The notes under the pieces: generated by a model
Told to the model about the DNA's origin: nothing
The model's database searches: none
What the model saw: only the letters and a program-made list of their open reading frames with translations
In this document: piece by piece, positions 29,989 through 39,498 of the stretch
Layout: every line of letters starts with the position of its first letter
Position numbering within the stretch: the first letter of the stretch is position 1
Source of the DNA: Microcystaceae cyanobacterium
Lineage (GTDB): Bacteria; Cyanobacteriota; Cyanobacteriia; Cyanobacteriales; Microcystaceae
Length of the DNA: 64,000 nucleotides
Direction: 5' to 3'
Assembly (NCBI GenBank): GCA_041746575.1
Contig: JBGTGT010000022.1
Span: 1 to 64,000, forward strand
Translations under genes and position numbers: made by a program

Positions 29989-30780
29989 ATGACGCAAACG
30001 TGGCGATTGTTGCCCTTTTTGGAGGCTTCTGGATCATTACAAATGGCAATTGATCGCTGGTTATTACAGCAACATCGACAGAACCAACAGCCTCCGTGTC
30101 TGCGATTTTATGCTTGGTTTCCCGTGGCCATTTCCTTGGGATACCATCAACATTGTTATCCCCCTCATTGGCAATCTCTAACTTGGCAAGGTCAAGAGAT
30201 TGATCTGGTGCGTCGTCCTACAGGAGGCCGTGCGGTTTTGCATCACGGAGATTTGACCTACATGGTGGTGACTTCTGGATTTAAAAGCAAACGATTTCAA
30301 GTTTATCGACAAATTTGCCAATTTTTAATTGACGGATGGCGATCACTTGGTCTTGAGTTACACTATGGTCAAGCAGAACGAGGTTACATCCATCATCCCA
30401 ATTGTTTTGGGACAGCCACTTCAGCCGATTTAGTCGATAATGAGGGTCATAAGCGTATCGGTAGCGCACAATTAAAACAGGGTGGGGCGATTCTACAACA
30501 TGGTTCAATGATTTTATACGCTGATTCTCTTTTATTTCAACAGATTTTCGGGGAATCTCCCCCTATTTCTTTGAATTTGCCCCTATTAAAAAATTCAACT
30601 TCTGCTATCCTGAAAGGAAATAAAAACGAAGAAACCCAAAATTTCAAAGAATTACTAATCCAACGATTGATAGAAGCCGCAGAAGAGTGTTTCGAGGTAA
30701 AGTTTGAACTAAAACCCCTTTCAGAGAGTGAATGGCAAGAAATAAAGCAAGATTTGAATTTTTTTAAGGTGACGACATAG
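29989..30780 (+). CDS. Lipoate-protein ligase A family protein
   Basis: MAID, VRRPTGGRAVLH, KRIGSAQ and LQHGS. Confidence 0.9.
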   Translation: MTQTWRLLPFLEASGSLQMAIDRWLLQQHRQNQQPPCLRFYAWFPVAISLGYHQHCYPPHWQSLTWQGQEIDLVRRPTGGRAVLHHGDLTYMVVTSGFKSKRFQVYRQICQFLIDGWRSLGLELHYGQAERGYIHHPNCFGTATSADLVDNEGHKRIGSAQLKQGGAILQHGSMILYADSLLFQQIFGESPPISLNLPLLKNSTSAILKGNKNEETQNFKELLIQRLIEAAEECFEVKFELKPLSESEWQEIKQDLNFFKVTT

Positions 30781-30786
30781 CGCAAA

Positions 30787-31848
30787 ATGGATAGCAAAGG
30801 ATTAAGGCGATCGCTGTTAGAATGGTATCAGGGACAAGGCCGTCAACTACCGTGGCGAAATCAAGCTGATCCTTACAAAATTTGGGTTTCCGAAATTATG
30901 TTACAACAAACCCAAGTTAAAACGGTAATTCCTTACTATGAACGATGGTTGCAAACCTTTCCCGATCTAGCCACCTTAGCAAAGGCAGATTTACAGTTGG
31001 TTTTAAAAGCATGGGAAGGATTGGGCTATTATGCGCGTGCCAGGAATCTGCATCAAGCGGCACAGCAAATTCAAGGAGAATATCAGGGAAAATTTCCTGA
31101 TACCCTCGAAAAGGTTTTAACATTGAAAGGTATTGGTCGAACGACGGCCGGAGGAATTCTAAGTTCTGCCTTTAATCAACCAATTTCCATTTTAGATGGT
31201 AACGTCAAACGGGTGCTATCTCGCTTAATCGCTTTGTCTGTTCCCCCTAAACAGGCAATTAATCAATTATGGGAGATATCTGACCAAATTCTTGATCCTA
31301 TCAATCCAAGAGACTTTAATCAAGCGTTAATGGACTTAGGTGCCACCCTTTGTGTTCGCAGTCAACCAAAATGTTTATTATGTCCTTGGTCAAAATTTTG
31401 TCTAGCATACAGTAAAGGTATTCAAAATCAACTCCCTATGAATGAAATGGCTAAACCGATTCCCCATAAAAATATTGGCGTTGCCGTGATTCGCAACCAT
31501 CAAGATTTGATTTTAATTGATCGTCGGCCCCCTAAAGGACTGTTAGGAGGATTGTGGGAATTTCCGGGGGGAAAAATCGAAGAAAACGAAACAATACAAG
31601 CGTGCATCAAACGGGAAATCGCCGAAGAAATTGATATTGAAATTGAAGTAGGGGAACCTTTAATTATGATTAATCATGCCTATACTCATTTCAAAGTGAC
31701 CTTGAATGTTTATTTATGCCGCTATCTGTCAGGCGAACCAAAACCGATTGAATGTGAAGAAATCCGTTGGGTTGCCTTAGATGAACTGGAGCAATATCCG
31801 TTTCCTAAAGCGAATTCTCAAATTATCGAAGCTTTAAAAAAGAGATAG
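30787..31848 (+). CDS. mutY: A/G-specific adenine glycosylase with C-terminal Nudix domain
   Basis: SEIMLQQTQV, GLGYYARARNL, DGNVKRV and the 4Fe-4S motif Cx6Cx2Cx5C. Confidence 0.96.
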   Translation: MDSKGLRRSLLEWYQGQGRQLPWRNQADPYKIWVSEIMLQQTQVKTVIPYYERWLQTFPDLATLAKADLQLVLKAWEGLGYYARARNLHQAAQQIQGEYQGKFPDTLEKVLTLKGIGRTTAGGILSSAFNQPISILDGNVKRVLSRLIALSVPPKQAINQLWEISDQILDPINPRDFNQALMDLGATLCVRSQPKCLLCPWSKFCLAYSKGIQNQLPMNEMAKPIPHKNIGVAVIRNHQDLILIDRRPPKGLLGGLWEFPGGKIEENETIQACIKREIAEEIDIEIEVGEPLIMINHAYTHFKVTLNVYLCRYLSGEPKPIECEEIRWVALDELEQYPFPKANSQIIEALKKR

Positions 31849-31878
31849 GGTTAAAAAGCATAAAATCCACCATCAGTT

Positions 31879-32772
31879 TCACGGAACGTACAACGTCAAA
31901 CTCTGCGGTACACATTCCACCTGAAGAGGCGTTTCTCCGAAAAGTTCGCCATCAATCACCACTTTTTGAGGAGGATTTGTCGTTATTCGGATCTTTCGGG
32001 TATGAAAATAGCTAATATCATCCCGTTGAGTCGCTTCATTTTGTAAAGCTGTTTGTAAGAGATGATATGAGAGGGCAACCGCATCCGTTCGATTGATTGG
32101 GGCAACGATAGTAACATCCAGCATGCCATCGTGGGGCAGAATATAGGCCGGTCCCTGTGCCAAGATAGAGGTAGGGGGTGCGACATTGGCAACGGTCAGC
32201 GCGGCCACCTGAGAAACCGAAAATTTCTCTGTTTCTGTTTCCAACGTTGCCTCAAATTGCTTCAATTCCTGTAACTGCTGAATCCCTGAGAGAACGTAAG
32301 CGAGAAGTCCCCAGCGTTTTTTCATTTCTGCTTCAGTTTCTTCGATGGTTTCTGCTTCAAAACCAATTCCGGCCAATAATACCATCGTTCGCCCGTTACA
32401 GCGAGCCGTGTCAATCACCTGCGTTGTGCCGTTTAAAATGACTTGACACGCTTCTTCAAGATTACTGGAAATTCCTAGAGCCGTCGCCAACGCATTTGCC
32501 GTACCACAGGGAATAATACCGAGCGGGATTGAAGTATGCAGTAATCCGCCGGCCACCGTTGAGATAGTTCCATCTCCTCCCGCCACAATAACCCCATCGA
32601 GTCTCAAAGACACCGCCTCTTGAACCAACTGCTCAACGCAGATATCTTGATGGATAATTTGAATATCGAGCTCAAAATCAGTAGATAACTGTTGTTGAAT
32701 CACGGCTAAGCTTTGGTCAGGATTACCTTGACCCGCCTTAGGATTGAAAATTAGACGAGCGATACGAGACAT
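31879..32772 (-). CDS. YegS/Rv2252/BmrU family lipid kinase
   Basis: NPKAG, GGDGT, GTAN and DGE. Confidence 0.92.
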   Translation of the reverse strand: MSRIARLIFNPKAGQGNPDQSLAVIQQQLSTDFELDIQIIHQDICVEQLVQEAVSLRLDGVIVAGGDGTISTVAGGLLHTSIPLGIIPCGTANALATALGISSNLEEACQVILNGTTQVIDTARCNGRTMVLLAGIGFEAETIEETEAEMKKRWGLLAYVLSGIQQLQELKQFEATLETETEKFSVSQVAALTVANVAPPTSILAQGPAYILPHDGMLDVTIVAPINRTDAVALSYHLLQTALQNEATQRDDISYFHTRKIRITTNPPQKVVIDGELFGETPLQVECVPQSLTLYVP

Positions 32773-32775
32773 ATC

Positions 32776-34332
32776 TTATATAACAAAGGAATCGAGGGAA
32801 TAATGATGCCATTGCTGGTGATGCCACTCGGCTACATAAGGACAAAGCACGAATTTAGGAGGATTACCAGCGTGAATGTCGATTTTCAAAAAAGAATAGG
32901 GTCGTCGTTTGTTAGAACCCTGGCCGTTACGACCGATAAATCTTAGGGATTGGGCAACTTGACGCATTTTGCCCCTATTATCTCTTTCTGTAAGGATTGG
33001 CCCTTGCGATCGCTGACGACGCAGGCTGTGACCACTGCCGCCACAGATTACCCAATGAATCCGAGAATCGGCGTGTCCCGTTCCTTCAGTGTAGAGATGT
33101 TCTAGACAATGGGCATGACCACAGAGGACGAGATCCACGAGAGGACGGCTTTGAGTAGTATCTCCTAAAGACTCAGCGACTTCATCTAACACACGACGCA
33201 AACGACGACGAATAGCCAAGGTCTGTCCTTGATCCCATTTGGTTGCTTCTGTTACGTAGGGAGGATGGTGAAAATATAATACTCTGCCACGGCTTGTTTC
33301 TTTTTGCCATGAGCGAATCAGTTGCGCTTTTAACCAGTCCAGTTGTTCGTAATCAATCACCCCTCTTTGCTTATCGAGTCTTTTATCAATATCTCGTTGT
33401 TCTTCTTCAATTTGATTCAGTTTACCCCGATCATCATCGAGCTTTTCCTTATCTTTTGTGCGCTCAAAACTCAGTTCTTGGGATTCTTCGAGAATCTGTT
33501 GTTTTTGGGCTTCTAGGACTTGACGACGAATTATCAGTTCTTGACGCATTTTTTCCCCCGCTTGGGTTTCAGGAAGGGGAGCAGGGGCATTGAACGTATT
33601 GGAATCAAGGGCAAAAAAATCAATATCACCGTAACAAAAAGTATAATAACGATTGGGTAAACGGGTAAATTGTTTGGGTTGATAGCGTAAACAGCGATCG
33701 CCGTTCACCTGAGCTGTATAATATTGGTCTAAATGTTGGGCTAACCCTTGAGGGGTTTTAATCTCTAACAAATAATCTAAAAATGCTTGGGCATAGGCCT
33801 GACCTTGAAAAGAACCATGCCATCCTACATCAAAATCGATTTTCGTAAATAATAAATGGCGCAATCCCCACGTCAATTGAGACAAAGCACCATAGACCAA
33901 GGGAAGATCGTAATAATCATGGTTACCGAGAACAGGTAAGAAGGGTAAATTAAAAAGCAAGCGATCATAAGCGATTTTTTCGGGAAATTCGCCACCGACT
34001 AAAAATTCTTGATAGGGTTCAATAAAGTTAGTATAATAATACTCGCTTGACCCGACTTGGTAAACCACATCCCCTGTATGCAGGATAAAATTTGCCGATT
34101 GCTGAAGCATCATTTGCGCAATGTGTCTTTGGGGATGATAACCGTAATGGTCGCCGCAGCCACTATCACCAATGACCAAAAAAGAGAATTCTGGATTATC
34201 TGCTTTCCAGTCGTCAATGACTAAATGGGTTTGTTCAATTCCCCGTGCTTTGAGGGCAGGTTCTTGCCATCGTACTCTTCGCTTCATTTGGTTAATTTTG
34301 GCGGAGATAGGGGGGTCACTCACAAACTGCAT
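32776..34332 (-). CDS. Calcineurin-like metallophosphoesterase
   Basis: GDSG, HTGDVVY, GNHDY, HHPPY and GHAH. Confidence 0.9.
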   Translation of the reverse strand: MQFVSDPPISAKINQMKRRVRWQEPALKARGIEQTHLVIDDWKADNPEFSFLVIGDSGCGDHYGYHPQRHIAQMMLQQSANFILHTGDVVYQVGSSEYYYTNFIEPYQEFLVGGEFPEKIAYDRLLFNLPFLPVLGNHDYYDLPLVYGALSQLTWGLRHLLFTKIDFDVGWHGSFQGQAYAQAFLDYLLEIKTPQGLAQHLDQYYTAQVNGDRCLRYQPKQFTRLPNRYYTFCYGDIDFFALDSNTFNAPAPLPETQAGEKMRQELIIRRQVLEAQKQQILEESQELSFERTKDKEKLDDDRGKLNQIEEEQRDIDKRLDKQRGVIDYEQLDWLKAQLIRSWQKETSRGRVLYFHHPPYVTEATKWDQGQTLAIRRRLRRVLDEVAESLGDTTQSRPLVDLVLCGHAHCLEHLYTEGTGHADSRIHWVICGGSGHSLRRQRSQGPILTERDNRGKMRQVAQSLRFIGRNGQGSNKRRPYSFLKIDIHAGNPPKFVLCPYVAEWHHQQWHHYSLDSFVI

Positions 34333-34619
34333 AGAGATTTTAATCCGAATTTAAAGGATAAGTCAGTCGGCAAAAATAAATCAAAAGAATTGTGCAATAT
34401 AGTACCTCAATCCTTTACTGTTGCCTCGTCTTCATTTTAAGCTGATTGACAACTATTTTCATAGATTACTTAGAAAACGGGCTTCAATCATCATTCTTAA
34501 GAAGGAAAATCGCTTAAAAATAATTTGTCGTCTTTTTATCCGTATTCTCTGCTCATTTTTATGAATAATTAAGGGATACTGCTCTCTTTTACGAAAATCG
34601 ATTATTGGGTCAAATGATC

Positions 34620-34649
34620 AAAAAAAAAGACAGTATCGTAAAGATACTG
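34620..34649 (-). terminator. Probable intrinsic terminator of ftsH
   Basis: CAGTATC/GATACTG stem with an adjacent A-run (U-tract on the minus strand), 40 bp after the stop. Confidence 0.65.
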
Positions 34650-34688
34650 CCGCATAACTTGCCATAAAAATTGAGAGAAGGGATAAAA

Positions 34689-36539
34689 TTAGGCGATCGC
34701 TGCCATTTTTACTTCACTTTCAGTAAGAAGCTGATTTAACTCATCCGCATCTACCGTTTCTTTTTCCATCAGCATTTCTGCTAATTTATCTAGGATTGAA
34801 CGATTATCGATTAACACCGCCTTGGCGCGTTTGTAAGCTTGATCCACCAGATGACGAACTTCTTCATCGATGACAGAAGCCGTTTCATCAGAAAAATCCC
34901 GATCTGAGGCGATATCCCGACCTAAGAAGACACCTCCTCCTTGACGACCTAAGGCCACAGGGCCTAAGCGATCGCTCATCCCAAAACGGGTAATCATCTG
35001 TCGTGCCACCCGAGTGACCTGTTGCAGATCACTGGATGCGCCGGTTGTGACCTCTTCTTCGCCAAAGATAATTTCTTCAGCAAGACGTCCACCGAGAGCA
35101 ACTGCCATTTGATTTTGCAAGTAAGCACGAGAATATAAACCTGATTCCATGCGATCTTCACTGGGAGTAAACCAAGTCAACCCACCCGCTTGACCACGGG
35201 GAATAATGCTAATTTTCTGCACAGGATCATAGTCAGGAATTAAGGCACCAATCAAAGCATGACCGGCTTCGTGATAGGCGACAAGGGTTTTGCGTTTTTC
35301 GCTCATCACCCGACTCTTCTTCTCTGGACCAGCAAGGACGCGGTCAATCGCATCGTTAATCTCATCCATGGAGATTTCTGTTAAGTTGCGCCGTGCCGCT
35401 AAAATAGCCGCCTCATTCAGTAAATTGGCTAAATCTGCTCCTGTAAAGCCGGGGGTACGACGGGCAATCTTATCGAGATCCACATCTTTGGAGAGAGTTT
35501 TGCCGCGGGCATGAACTTTGAGAATTTCTTGACGGCCAGCATAGTCGGGGCGATCAACCACCACTTGGCGGTCAAAGCGACCGGGACGTAGTAGGGCGGC
35601 ATCCAAAACATCAGGACGGTTAGTGGCGGCAATGATGATAACTCCGGTATTGCCCTCAAAACCATCCATTTCTGTCAACAATTGGTTAAGGGTTTGTTCT
35701 CGTTCATCGTTACCCCCGCCTAAACCCGCACCCCGTTGACGACCAACGGCATCAATTTCATCAATAAAGACAATACAAGGGGCATTGGCTTTGGCTTGTT
35801 CAAATAAATCTCGGACGCGAGAAGCTCCCACGCCAACGAACATTTCTACAAATTCTGAACCCGAAATAGAGAAAAAGGGAACACCCGCTTCGCCAGCAAC
35901 GGCTTTTGCTAAGAGGGTTTTACCGGTTCCGGGAGGGCCAACGAGGAGAACTCCTTTGGGAATTTTAGCCCCAATGGCCGTAAAGCGATCGGCGTTTTTG
36001 AGGAAGTCAACCACCTCAGCTAATTCCAGCTTAGCTTGTTCAATCCCTGCTACATCACCAAAGGTCACTTGGGTTTGCGGTTCCATTTGCACTCTGGCTT
36101 TCGATTTGCCAAAATTCATGGCTTGAGAGCCGGGGCCGCTTTGAGCGCGACGCAGGAGTAAAAATAAGCCTCCAATTAAGAGAATCGGCAGGAATAGACT
36201 ACTGGCTACCCGAAACCAAAATCCTTCATCACTTTGGGGTTGAATGGAGATATCAACGTTGTGATCGGTGAGAATACTGATTAAATCAGGATCAGGAGGA
36301 AGATTCACCAGTTGCGGTGCGCCGCCTTGAGTACTGATAACCCGCGCTTGGGTGCGATCAGCACTGAGAGTCACTTTATGGATTTCGTTCTTTTCGACTT
36401 GTTGAACAAAGTCGCTATAGGCTAAGACTTCCTGCGGTGCAGGTTGTCTATCAAAGAAAGCAGATGCGAGTGCTAGGACAACAATCAGTAATAAAGCATA
36501 TAATCCGGCATTACGCCATTTTTTGTTATTTTTGTTCAC
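34689..36539 (-). CDS. ftsH3: ATP-dependent zinc metalloprotease FtsH3
   Basis: The N-terminus [15 protein letters not shown] is typical of cyanobacterial FtsH3. Also [12 protein letters not shown] and HEAGH. Confidence 0.93.
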   Translation of the reverse strand: MNKNNKKWRNAGLYALLLIVVLALASAFFDRQPAPQEVLAYSDFVQQVEKNEIHKVTLSADRTQARVISTQGGAPQLVNLPPDPDLISILTDHNVDISIQPQSDEGFWFRVASSLFLPILLIGGLFLLLRRAQSGPGSQAMNFGKSKARVQMEPQTQVTFGDVAGIEQAKLELAEVVDFLKNADRFTAIGAKIPKGVLLVGPPGTGKTLLAKAVAGEAGVPFFSISGSEFVEMFVGVGASRVRDLFEQAKANAPCIVFIDEIDAVGRQRGAGLGGGNDEREQTLNQLLTEMDGFEGNTGVIIIAATNRPDVLDAALLRPGRFDRQVVVDRPDYAGRQEILKVHARGKTLSKDVDLDKIARRTPGFTGADLANLLNEAAILAARRNLTEISMDEINDAIDRVLAGPEKKSRVMSEKRKTLVAYHEAGHALIGALIPDYDPVQKISIIPRGQAGGLTWFTPSEDRMESGLYSRAYLQNQMAVALGGRLAEEIIFGEEEVTTGASSDLQQVTRVARQMITRFGMSDRLGPVALGRQGGGVFLGRDIASDRDFSDETASVIDEEVRHLVDQAYKRAKAVLIDNRSILDKLAEMLMEKETVDADELNQLLTESEVKMAAIA

Positions 36540-37047
36540 GCTTGATCGGCCTCCAACAGTGATTAAGATTAAGATGGCAGGAGGGATAACAGAGTATAAA
36601 TTGAGTTATCGCTCGTCATGAATTTGATCCTTGTTAACTTATGTTAACCTTTCTCAGTAACCAGTGACCAGTCATCCGTGAGCTGATTTGTCATTTAAGG
36701 CTCGTTTTGGCTGGGGATTAAAGCTCAATTTTATCGCTAGCTCCCCCCAAATCTTCGTAAATTCGCTAGAGGAACAACCTAATATGAACTTTTTTTTAGC
36801 AGGTTGAATCAGTCAAAACGATACAGTTTAGACTGACTATCCAGGGTTGATGGTAAAAATATATTGATTTTAGACAAAATAGCCATGCTTTCTAGGGTTG
36901 TCGCATCGGCACTCCTATTTTGTCATCTTAACAAATTCGGGTCAGTCCATCCTTAAATTGTTAAGATTTTTTATTCTTAGGGGGGGGTTCATCGACTACC
37001 TGAATTCTACCAACAGTAGATATCGTTAATATTATCCGTAATGTCCG

Positions 37048-37191
37048 AATGCCGGTCAAATTCTTAGCCCGCTCATTATTAACAACAGTAGATAATATTA
37101 ACACAGGTACCCTTGCTGATTCAGGCAATTTTGCTACGTTTGGAACGACCGATGGTCAGATTTTTCTTTCAATCGATGCTAATTTGACCTA
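37048..37191 (+). pseudogene. Possible remnant of a BNR/beta-propeller repeat gene
   Basis: Reads DNINTGTLADSGNFATFGTTDGQIFLSIDANLT*, resembling the GTxDG...SxDxGxTW box with Trp changed to a stop. Confidence 0.35.
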
Positions 37192-37214
37192 GCAACCGAA
37201 TGTCTGAGCTTTGC

Positions 37215-37859
37215 TTAATAGGACACGCCTGGTGTTTTCTTCAGGTAAGTATCATCATTGACTTGTTTCAGCATGAAGTCAGCTACGTCGGCACGAGAAA
37301 TTTTCGCCCCGTATTCGATAGATTCACCGTCACGAAACTTCCCAGTATGCGCTCCGTTGGTCAATCCTGCCGGACGGACAATTACCCAATCTAACTGACT
37401 TTGTTTAATAATCTGTTCCTTATCCTCATGATCTGCGATCGCGTTTCGCAATACAAGCGGGATGATGATCAAACGAAATAGGAGATTAATCCGATGGCGA
37501 CTATCACCGACACCTAACGAAGACTGATAAATGAAACGCCGCACATTGTGCTTCTCCATCGCCCGCACAATATGATGCACACCTTCGGTGAGTGCCGGAT
37601 TTTTCTTTAAGCTGGATGAGCCAAGGGCAGACAATACTACATCTTGCCCTTTTACTGCTTCCTCCAACGTTGCGGTATCTGTTACGTCACCTTCAACAAC
37701 CTTCAAACTTGGGTGTTGAATGTCAAGTTTGGCTGAGTCTCGCACGAATGCAGTCACTACATTTCCTAGTGCGAGTGCTTGCTTAACAAGTTCACACCCT
37801 GTGCCTCCAGTTGCCCCAAAAATTAGCAAATTCATAATATTTTCCTCGTGTAACAACAC
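37215..37859 (-). CDS. NAD(P)H-binding flavin reductase/BVR-B-like atypical SDR
   Basis: IFGATGGTG, WVIVRPAGL and ISRADVADF. Confidence 0.9.
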   Translation of the reverse strand: MLLHEENIMNLLIFGATGGTGCELVKQALALGNVVTAFVRDSAKLDIQHPSLKVVEGDVTDTATLEEAVKGQDVVLSALGSSSLKKNPALTEGVHHIVRAMEKHNVRRFIYQSSLGVGDSRHRINLLFRLIIIPLVLRNAIADHEDKEQIIKQSQLDWVIVRPAGLTNGAHTGKFRDGESIEYGAKISRADVADFMLKQVNDDTYLKKTPGVSY

Positions 37860-37936
37860 AATCGGCTTTTATCTTTTTTTAGCTATCGCTTTTTTAGAAA
37901 AGCTGTATTTAATACGATTTGGTGAGTTGTGAAACT

Positions 37937-38407
37937 TCAGGAGTGACGCGCACTCATTGTAGGCGAGATCCCTGCGGGATCACTACGAAGATGATTGACT
38001 GGAGTCTCAACCAAGACAGAAATTAGGAGCGCACCCAGCCCCATCAATTGCAGAACGAAACGGGCTACGTGCGAGTATTCCCACTGGCTTCTTACCTGTG
38101 TCCAGTTTGCTGGCACTGACTGGGGTGTCCATTGGAAAATCTCACGATTCATCGGTTCTGTAAACACTAAGAAAACAACAAAGAACGCTAACGCGAAACA
38201 AATAGTTCCTGCTAACGTCCACTGGAAGGTCGGTCGCCGCTTGCGGACTAAGAACATTAGCACCGGCGTTGCTAAAAAGACAGTAGCCGCCTCAAAGTAC
38301 CCACCGATATGTCCGAAGCCCCAATACAAGCTTTGTTGGATTGTCGTCCAGAGAGCCGAATCGTAGTTCATCTTGGCTGGCAGTTCTAGTGCATGGGCAA
38401 ATGCAAT
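37937..38407 (-). pseudogene. DUF1772/anthrone oxygenase-like membrane protein, 5'-truncated
   Basis: The frame stays open upstream of the ATG at 38371 (IAFAHALELPAKM) until it meets the MITE at 38408. It carries PANWTQVRSQWEYSH. Confidence 0.7.
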
Positions 38408-38507
38408 GGTACTGTTGCAAAAAATTTTTGAACCACTATCTGTAGCGTAGTAGTTGGCTTGTCACTCTACTACACATAGTGTTTAGCGATTTTTTTGCAA
38501 CAGAGCC
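38408..38507. mobile_element. 100-bp MITE with IS6-like terminal inverted repeats
   Basis: GGTACTGTTGCAAAAAA ... TTTTTTGCAACAGAGCC. The IS26 TIR is GGCACTGTTGCAAA. The interior is also palindromic. Confidence 0.8.
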
Positions 38508-38584
38508 CAAAAAGGATTCTGAGATAGGAATAATTCTCGTTTTACAGGGAAGCAAAGTATTGGCCTTTTGACGATTAAAATCAT

Positions 38585-38608
38585 AAAAATAGGCGCAAGA
38601 GTGCGCCT
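38585..38608 (-). terminator. Probable psbX terminator
   Basis: AGGCGCA/TGCGCCT stem with an adjacent A-run. Confidence 0.65.
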
Positions 38609-38653
38609 TAAAAACAATTGTTGTAAATTTAACGAAGTTAGTCCAAAGAGAGA

Positions 38654-38773
38654 CTAGGAACGCTTAATTTTGTCGTATTGACTGATGAAAACCAGTCCAA
38701 CCGCAATGGGGATAACAACGATAACCGCGCCCCAAACTAAGCTCCAGAGAAAGTTTGCTAATGAAGGTGTCAT
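38654..38773 (-). CDS. psbX: Photosystem II reaction centre protein X (missed by the ORF track)
   Basis: Manual translation gives [39 protein letters not shown], 39 aa. Confidence 0.95.
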   Translation of the reverse strand: MTPSLANFLWSLVWGAVIVVIPIAVGLVFISQYDKIKRS

Positions 38774-38847
38774 AAAGTCTTTAACCTTTGCTTGCTTCAA
38801 ATATTGTCGTTTAATTATTGTAAAGGTTTGTGGTCAAGGTTAACCGA

Positions 38848-39441
38848 TTAATCTAGCGGTTCTCCTGTCGGACGATAAATTAAGATATCCCATTGACCTT
38901 CTGTTGCCGCTTCAAAGGCAATGCGAGAGCCATCAGCACTAATAACGGGATTACGGACTTCTGCGTTTAAATTTGCAGTAATATTACGTTTCTGCTCTGT
39001 TTTTCGGTCGTAAAGATAAATAGCAGATTTTCCTTGACGGTTAGCGGCAAAGACAATAACTTGTCCATCGGCGGTGATAGAGGGATGAGAGGCAATTTGA
39101 TCGAGGGAATTTAACCCCGGTAGGGAAATAATTTGACGACGTAGGGCATCGAAAAGATAGATGTCTTGTGAACCATTGCGATCTGATGTAAAAACAATAA
39201 AATTTCCGTTATTTTGAGGATTTAGCTCAGAAGTTCGACTGTTTAAGCTTCTTCCTCCAGCATCAACGGGAAAATTAAGCAATCGAGGATAACCGCTACA
39301 TCCTGATAATAAGCCTACTGATAGCAATATTCCCCAAAAAACTCGATAATCAAGTATTAAATGGGGGGGGTGAGCTTTAAATCTAATCTTTAAAAACTGA
39401 GAACCGAATATCTGTTTACAGAATAAATTTAGATTAGCCAT
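38848..39441 (-). CDS. TolB-like/PD40-repeat lipoprotein (start uncertain)
   Basis: Lipobox LLSGC and the repeats IVFTSDRNG, PSITADG and PVISADG. Confidence 0.8.
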   Translation of the reverse strand: MANLNLFCKQIFGSQFLKIRFKAHPPHLILDYRVFWGILLSVGLLSGCSGYPRLLNFPVDAGGRSLNSRTSELNPQNNGNFIVFTSDRNGSQDIYLFDALRRQIISLPGLNSLDQIASHPSITADGQVIVFAANRQGKSAIYLYDRKTEQKRNITANLNAEVRNPVISADGSRIAFEAATEGQWDILIYRPTGEPLD

Positions 39442-39498
39442 TTTTCAGATAGTATGATGATCCTAATAAATTAAGCGGACGTTAAAATAGCCCCAACC

